Notes under the pieces: model-generated
The model's input: the letters and a program-made list of their open reading frames with translations, nothing else
Databases searched by the model: none
Told to the model about the DNA's origin: nothing
Source: an uncultured virus (IMG/VR IMGVR_UViG_3300008627_000683)
Lineage: Duplodnaviria > Heunggongvirae > Uroviricota > Caudoviricetes
Length of the DNA: 64,000 nucleotides
IMG/VR virus record: IMGVR_UViG_3300008627_000683
Span: 1-64,000 of that record
Direction: 5' to 3' (one strand)
Translations under genes and position numbers: made by a program
Part shown: positions 59,160 through 64,000 of the stretch, piece after piece
Numbering within the stretch: the first letter of the stretch is position 1
Layout: each line of letters starts with the position of its first letter

Positions 59160-59437
59160 TTGGAGGCCTTATTTAACCGTTGTTTCATAATGCTTGCCGG
59201 ATTAGTTCTTTTTGTTCTAGCAGATTTTCTCGCAATTCTTGCTCCTAACTTTGCTTTAGTCATACGTAATTTAAAACGCTTTTTGATATCTGGAGCCGCA
59301 AAACATTGGGCAGGTTTGGACACAATGCGTCCTTTTCTTCTGCCGCCGGTGCAACGATACTTTCGAACTAATTTATTTCCTTGGCGTTGCCATGCCATTT
59401 TTGTTTCGTTTATGCCAAAGAGTTCTTCTAAATACAT
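59156..59437 (-). CDS. basic protein, T4 gp68-like prohead core candidate
   Basis: MYLEELFGINE then very Arg/Lys-rich body (RKYRC..G.RKGRIV). Confidence 0.5.
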   Translation of the reverse strand: MYLEELFGINETKMAWQRQGNKLVRKYRCTGGRRKGRIVSKPAQCFAAPDIKKRFKLRMTKAKLGARIARKSARTKRTNPASIMKQRLNKASK

Positions 59438-60666
59438 TATAATGTATTTAGTAATTTTGCTACGTCTTTTTCAATTACACTGTAAGATACGTTAGCAAGA
59501 ACAAAACTAAAAAAATCACCATTATGGGCGCTGTCTCTTGCAAGAAGTTTAAGATGCATATTTGGAAGTTTGCAGTTAGAGTCAACGCCTTCAAAATAAT
59601 CGTCGTATAATCCGCTAGTTATACCTTTATATATTTTCACCATTGCTTTTTTTAAATTTCTAGAATCATACCCAATAACATTTTTTTGTGTTTTAATTAC
59701 TAAGTAATCCATCATAGCCTCTTCTTGGGCAATGACATTTATAAACGATCTGTTGTCTTTGTCTAAAACATATTCTCGTGTATTAATAAATTTAAGGTAA
59801 TACATTAAATTCCGTATACCAGACGAACAGGTATACGCCTTGCATAATTCAGTAAATAACCCATTAAACTGTTGAAAATTAGCAAAGGAATAAAATATTA
59901 TATTGTTATATTCACACAAATCACGAACTATCGAAAAATTCTTACAAAAGTTTTGATATCGTGTTTGTATATCAAGACTACCGGTGTTTGCGTAATCTAT
60001 AACAGCCCTGTTGTAAATTGCTAAAAATTCTTCACCCGGCACCAATGTGTATGTGCCGTGTTCAATTACATTTTCAAATAAATCAATAAATTCAGAATTT
60101 ATTGATAGTAACGAATTGATTCCTATATCATACCTTCTCCAGGCCGGAGGTACCCACAGCACAATATTTGGTTTTATAATATCAATTAATTGATATAATT
60201 GTACTGTATTTAAATCTGAACTAGCACCAGGTGTACCAAGGTTAAAAACTTCAACGTCATTGGTATTAAATTGAGCAGATATTAATTTTTTGAGTTGTTC
60301 TGCCCAAGTGCTACTATCGTCTATTCCTAAACCAAATGCGTGACTGCATCCAATGGTTACTATTTTTAATTTTGCATCTGAATTAAAGCTAGGACCGCGA
60401 TATCCGTGTGCATTTAAGGTATACTTGACTGTTTTGCCTTTCCAATACGGATTTATTATTTTTTTATCGTACTCAAAAAAATCAAACTCATAAGTTCGTG
60501 AAGGATTTAATATATAATTATTATAAATCTCATAACCGTATATATTATTTGGACCTGAAAAGTCTTCACCTTCTGGAAATAACGGCGGTTTAGATAAAGC
60601 TGATAATTCAGGATCCCAAAATCCCTTCGTCCACTTTGAAGTGCTACGATATTCTTCGTAATTCAT
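59437..60666 (-). CDS. SGNH hydrolase-like protein
   Basis: N..GYRG..F, IGCSHAFGLG, NLG.PGAS.D, ARD..H.G. Confidence 0.7.
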   Translation of the reverse strand: MNYEEYRSTSKWTKGFWDPELSALSKPPLFPEGEDFSGPNNIYGYEIYNNYILNPSRTYEFDFFEYDKKIINPYWKGKTVKYTLNAHGYRGPSFNSDAKLKIVTIGCSHAFGLGIDDSSTWAEQLKKLISAQFNTNDVEVFNLGTPGASSDLNTVQLYQLIDIIKPNIVLWVPPAWRRYDIGINSLLSINSEFIDLFENVIEHGTYTLVPGEEFLAIYNRAVIDYANTGSLDIQTRYQNFCKNFSIVRDLCEYNNIIFYSFANFQQFNGLFTELCKAYTCSSGIRNLMYYLKFINTREYVLDKDNRSFINVIAQEEAMMDYLVIKTQKNVIGYDSRNLKKAMVKIYKGITSGLYDDYFEGVDSNCKLPNMHLKLLARDSAHNGDFFSFVLANVSYSVIEKDVAKLLNTL

Positions 60667-60678
60667 ATACGATACTTA

Positions 60679-60927
60679 TTATTGAATGGTTAATAGATAG
60701 ATCAATGCTGAAAATAGTGCGGTGATAATGGAGCCACTAAGGACCCACATAGATTTGTATTTGTTTTTTTCTTGGACTAGCAAGTTATGCCTAATCTCAT
60801 CGAGTTGCTGTTCAATGACAGTCAAACGACTTTCGATTCGTTCCATATTCTCCTCCAGGTACCCGTATCTCTCTGAGCAAATCTCAACGTGTGCCTCAAG
60901 GCTCTGCCTTTCAATTTCTGATGGCAT
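60679..60927 (-). CDS. coiled-coil plus C-terminal TM protein (holin/XhlA-like candidate)
   Basis: LEAHV.IC.ERY, heptads, single C-terminal TM; AGGAG RBS. Confidence 0.55.
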   Translation of the reverse strand: MPSEIERQSLEAHVEICSERYGYLEENMERIESRLTVIEQQLDEIRHNLLVQEKNKYKSMWVLSGSIITALFSALIYLLTIQ

Positions 60928-60952
60928 AACAACTCCTAAAATGTGTAATAAT

Positions 60953-61030
60953 GCCTACCGCCCGCCCTGTATTATATGTGCCTTTTATATGCCTCTTCAT
61001 TTCGCCTAAAATGAGCCTAAGTCTTTGCCT
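60953..61030 (-). promoter_or_regulatory. AGGC repeat array in 5' leader
   Basis: GCCT on + at 60953, 60980, 60991, 61004, 61015, 61027, downstream of late box TAAATA (61038-61043). Confidence 0.5.
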
Positions 61031-61054
61031 AGTACTGTATTTACTCAAAAATTT

Positions 61055-61606
61055 CTAGAAATTAACTAATAGTTTATCGGAGGAAGTAATATAAATGTTT
61101 TTAATTTTAGGGTTTAAAGCATTCCAAACGGGGGTTTTTATTTTAGCAGTTTCTGTTAAATTTAAAATAACTGGAACGTTTGTTAGATCTTTCATTAATC
61201 CAGATGCAGGTATGGCTTCTTCGCCTCGCTCTAGATATAATCCAGGTTGTTCAACAGTAAAGGAAGTAGTCCAAAAAACATGTTTTCCTTTAAATGAAGA
61301 TCCAAAATTTAAAGCTTTGATGTCGTCTACTGAATATTTTTGGGGTTTTTCGATATACATAGGATTGCCGCGTAAACTAATAGTTTGAATTAAAGTTTCT
61401 AAATTACTTTGTTGTCCTCTACTTTTATTCCAAGACTTTTCATTATTAACCAATTGATTAATGTCATCTACAAAAGCAGGGGCGTCAGGTCTGTATTGTG
61501 CTACAAGGCCAGTTTGTGATATATCAATTAAAGTATGTATTGTCAAAAACTCACCAACACCTGAACCAAATCTGCCGCCGGCGGCTAATCCTTTTTCTCT
61601 TGCCAT
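61055..61606 (-). CDS. putative structural protein
   Basis: TLIDISQTG...QQSNLETL.Q.ISLR..P motif; late box upstream. Confidence 0.6.
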   Translation of the reverse strand: MAREKGLAAGGRFGSGVGEFLTIHTLIDISQTGLVAQYRPDAPAFVDDINQLVNNEKSWNKSRGQQSNLETLIQTISLRGNPMYIEKPQKYSVDDIKALNFGSSFKGKHVFWTTSFTVEQPGLYLERGEEAIPASGLMKDLTNVPVILNLTETAKIKTPVWNALNPKIKNIYITSSDKLLVNF

Positions 61607-61659
61607 TTGTATACCTATAATATGCTACTATTATATTTAGTATAGATTATTTAGCCAAA

Positions 61660-61686
61660 TAAAAAGCGGAATGTTACCATTCCGCT
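61660..61686 (-). terminator. rho-independent terminator
   Basis: AGCGGAATG-GTAA-CATTCCGCT then T-run on minus. Confidence 0.8.
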
Positions 61687-61709
61687 GTTTTATTATATAA
61701 TATATTAAA

Positions 61710-62081
61710 TTATAGAACGTATGTTTTTGCTGTTACTGTTGCTGATGCAAAGTTTACAGAATCAACTGTACCCAAAGCAATTAAAACATCTTCTAAGTGA
61801 GCGGCCAATGTTTCACTGGCTGAGCCATCATATGTGTCTGTACCGTATTCACCCTCGACACAAACTGAAATATTGTTGTCTGCACTATGTAGTGCGCCAA
61901 TAATTACAATGTTAAAGCCTGCGCCTTGAATTGCATCCATGGCGGCTGCTACTGCTGATGTTGGGCCTAGCTTTCCTGAAACATCTGCGCCAAAATCAAT
62001 ATCTAAGTGTGCTAATGTTTTACCTAGAAAATTGGTGCTAAGACCAAATGATGCAGGTACTGTTCTTGTTACTGAAGCCAT
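61710..62081 (-). CDS. putative abundant virion (capsid decoration-like) protein
   Basis: own late box, AGGAG RBS and terminator; Ala/Gly/Thr-rich. Confidence 0.55.
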   Translation of the reverse strand: MASVTRTVPASFGLSTNFLGKTLAHLDIDFGADVSGKLGPTSAVAAAMDAIQGAGFNIVIIGALHSADNNISVCVEGEYGTDTYDGSASETLAAHLEDVLIALGTVDSVNFASATVTAKTYVL

Positions 62082-62136
62082 TTTAAATCTCCTAATCTAG
62101 CGTTGTTATCTTTATTTATATACAAAAATACAAAAT

Positions 62137-62166
62137 AAAAAAGCGGGATATTTCTATCCCGCTTTT
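62137..62166 (-). terminator. rho-independent terminator
   Basis: AAAAGCGGGATA-GAAA-TATCCCGCTTTTTT on minus. Confidence 0.8.
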
Positions 62167-62219
62167 CTTGGAATCATTTGTTTCTAGCAATGCTAAAAAC
62201 TGTGATTTTACGCTAATAA

Positions 62220-62549
62220 TTAAGCTAAGCTAACACCTGTGATTGTTTTGACACTTAGTGTTTGTGCGGCAATTGCGTCTAGACGTGCTTCTAGTGCTGT
62301 CCATACTGCGCCTGAACCGGCTGCAATGTGAGCGTGTGCGCCTGAAAGACCTACTACGAAGCCAGCGGCTGTAACTGTGCCTACGAACTCAACTGTACCG
62401 TGCTGTGCAATTGCTTCTAGTGCTAGTTGTGCATCTGTATCTGTTGTAAAGTCGCCACCTGTTGAACATACCCATGTAATGTCACGAACACCTGCGTACT
62501 CTGAATTATCTTGTGCTGTTGAATAAGCTGGATTTGTATAACCTGCCAT
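62220..62549 (-). CDS. putative abundant virion protein
   Basis: late box, AGGAG RBS, terminator; Ala-rich. Confidence 0.55.
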   Translation of the reverse strand: MAGYTNPAYSTAQDNSEYAGVRDITWVCSTGGDFTTDTDAQLALEAIAQHGTVEFVGTVTAAGFVVGLSGAHAHIAAGSGAVWTALEARLDAIAAQTLSVKTITGVSLA

Positions 62550-62649
62550 TTTTCTAATCTCCTATATCTTGTAATGTATAGATTTCTCTATACCGTTAAT
62601 ATTATTTATATCTAATTAGAAAAAATAAACTACGCTATTTCATTGCATA

Positions 62650-63339
62650 TTATTTATTGGCTAGCCACTTTCCTATTCCTTTGCCTACCACATAACCACC
62701 GGCTGTCGCTAGTGCAATTTTTGCTGGTGTACTAATGCCTGTTTTTTCTGGATCTTTAGCACTTTTATCTTCATATCCACCCTTACGCATAAATCCTTCA
62801 TATGGGCCGCGTAAATCACTTTTAGGTGTTTTGGCCCTCAATGCCTGTAACAATCTAGTAGTACCTTGCTTGCGCTCAGTACCATATAATCTATTCCAAT
62901 CACTTAACAATCTTCTTACAGCACTATACTGCCCATTTCTAATACCTAAATTACGCTCTAAACTCATTAAAAATTGTTTGTCGAAGTTCGGATTAGCCTT
63001 ACCTTGTGCCACATCTCTGAGATACCTTTTAAATTGTAATAAAGGCATACTTGCCCTACCAACTGGGCCAATTTGATTTGCGTATCTTTCTGGATTACTA
63101 AAAACAGCTACCCAGTTGTGTAAATCTGTTGCTGTTGATCTAATATTACTGAAATCTTGATATTGCAAAGTTTTTCTAGCATATTCTGATGCCTGCGCGG
63201 CTGTGCTGGGATCAAATCGCATTGCCTGCAATGATAATACCGTCAAGTAAATACTTTCTGCCACTTGTTCAGCACTAAGATTCAAACCACGCTGGGTGCG
63301 TAGTGCTCGTGCTTCTGTTAAATCTTTAATAAAACCCAT
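62650..63339 (-). CDS. hypothetical, putative virion protein
   Basis: MGFIKDLTEA start (TGATG coupling); C-terminal glycine-zipper-like helix. Confidence 0.6.
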   Translation of the reverse strand: MGFIKDLTEARALRTQRGLNLSAEQVAESIYLTVLSLQAMRFDPSTAAQASEYARKTLQYQDFSNIRSTATDLHNWVAVFSNPERYANQIGPVGRASMPLLQFKRYLRDVAQGKANPNFDKQFLMSLERNLGIRNGQYSAVRRLLSDWNRLYGTERKQGTTRLLQALRAKTPKSDLRGPYEGFMRKGGYEDKSAKDPEKTGISTPAKIALATAGGYVVGKGIGKWLANK

Positions 63340-64000
63340 CAACCCCACTCCTTTTGACTTAAAAAGTTTCTTCTTGAAAACTCCATTCTATCTACTAATT
63401 TTACGGCATTACCTATTCTATCAATTGCTACAAAACCCTCGGGGTCTGCTACCTCGTAGCCGCCATCTGTTTTATAAAATGTTCCAATACCTTCTACTTT
63501 GTTTAATTTGTTTACTAAGATCATTTTAATCTGTACGATTTGTTTATATATGCCAAGTATTGCTAATAATGTATTACTGTTATCTTCGATAAACTGTTTG
63601 TTTGCTTCTATTTTTTGTACACGCGCCTGTCCTGCAGGCCCTTCAATACCAGTTTTTAGTTTATCAATTTCGGCTTGCATACGATCATCATAATAGTTAA
63701 TAAAGTCTTGCAAGAAATTTGTAGCATTGGATACTTGTCCTTCTCCTTGGCGAATCTTTTCGTTAATAAAGATGGGAATATATTTCATAAACTCTTCATT
63801 TTTCAACATTGTGTTGAATTTTGAGGCATTTGTTTTAGATAAAATATCACTCATCTTCTCAACACCGCGCCTTACAGAATCTGTTTCTCTTGCAGTTAAT
63901 GTAGCAACGCCTGTTAAATCTTTATACGTAGCATCATCCATCCAAACTTTTTTGTTACCTTCTGGTGCTATTACACCATATTGTGTTTGCATGTCACTAA
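63339..64000 (-). CDS. DUF6267-like T4-family phage protein, partial
   Basis: C-terminal PEGFVAIDR.GNAVKLVDRMEFSR.NF; 5' end outside the window. Confidence 0.6.
   Translation of the reverse strand, partial: SDMQTQYGVIAPEGNKKVWMDDATYKDLTGVATLTARETDSVRRGVEKMSDILSKTNASKFNTMLKNEEFMKYIPIFINEKIRQGEGQVSNATNFLQDFINYYDDRMQAEIDKLKTGIEGPAGQARVQKIEANKQFIEDNSNTLLAILGIYKQIVQIKMILVNKLNKVEGIGTFYKTDGGYEVADPEGFVAIDRIGNAVKLVDRMEFSRRNFLSQKEWG

Noticed and set aside
5765..63693. Numerous 60-165 aa ORFs antisense to or nested in long genes
   Set aside because: No RBS or promoter support and no motifs; expected shadow frames
1..64000. Bacterial chromosome origin (fusA, rpmG, rpsU, ssrA, clpS, prkA)
   Set aside because: These genes lack their usual operon context and are interleaved with PAAR, tail, lysozyme genes and T4-type late promoters
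1..64000. Stop-codon reassignment
   Set aside because: Long conserved genes are intact under the standard code and TAA, TAG and TGA all end genes at expected C-termini

Overview
AT-rich, gene-dense 64 kb segment, mostly minus strand, most consistent with a large (jumbo/huge) T4-like myophage. The host is probably an aquatic alphaproteobacterium (inference). Phage hallmarks are a PAAR spike, tail-fibre/tailspike-like genes, a GH24 lysozyme, a class II RNR with glutaredoxin, a PD-(D/E)XK exonuclease, many T4-type late promoters (TATAAATA/TAAATA) and near-consensus sigma70 early promoters. The window carries a large host-like cargo. Translation and proteostasis genes are full-length EF-G, a circularly permuted two-piece tmRNA (tag ANDDYYDYALAA), bL33 (missed by the ORF track), bS21, an anticodon-less class II aaRS-like protein, ClpS and Hsp20. 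There is an intact yeaG(prkA)-yeaH-ycgB(spoVR) operon. Membrane genes include SbmA/BacA, mini-MscS, a CDF transporter, a MotA/ExbB + Asp-TM partner triplet and a beta-barrel-like protein. Scattered single-gene cassettes encode radical SAM, SGNH, amidinotransferase and glycosyltransferase-like enzymes. Patterns read directly from the sequence include a late-promoter box sitting mostly 5 nt before ATG (implying leaderless late mRNAs), a shared N-terminal capsid-targeting/LxE-like motif on about 12 proteins, an AGGC array in the leader of a holin-like gene and an IHF-like site cluster. All product calls are from motif recognition by eye; no database searches were run.
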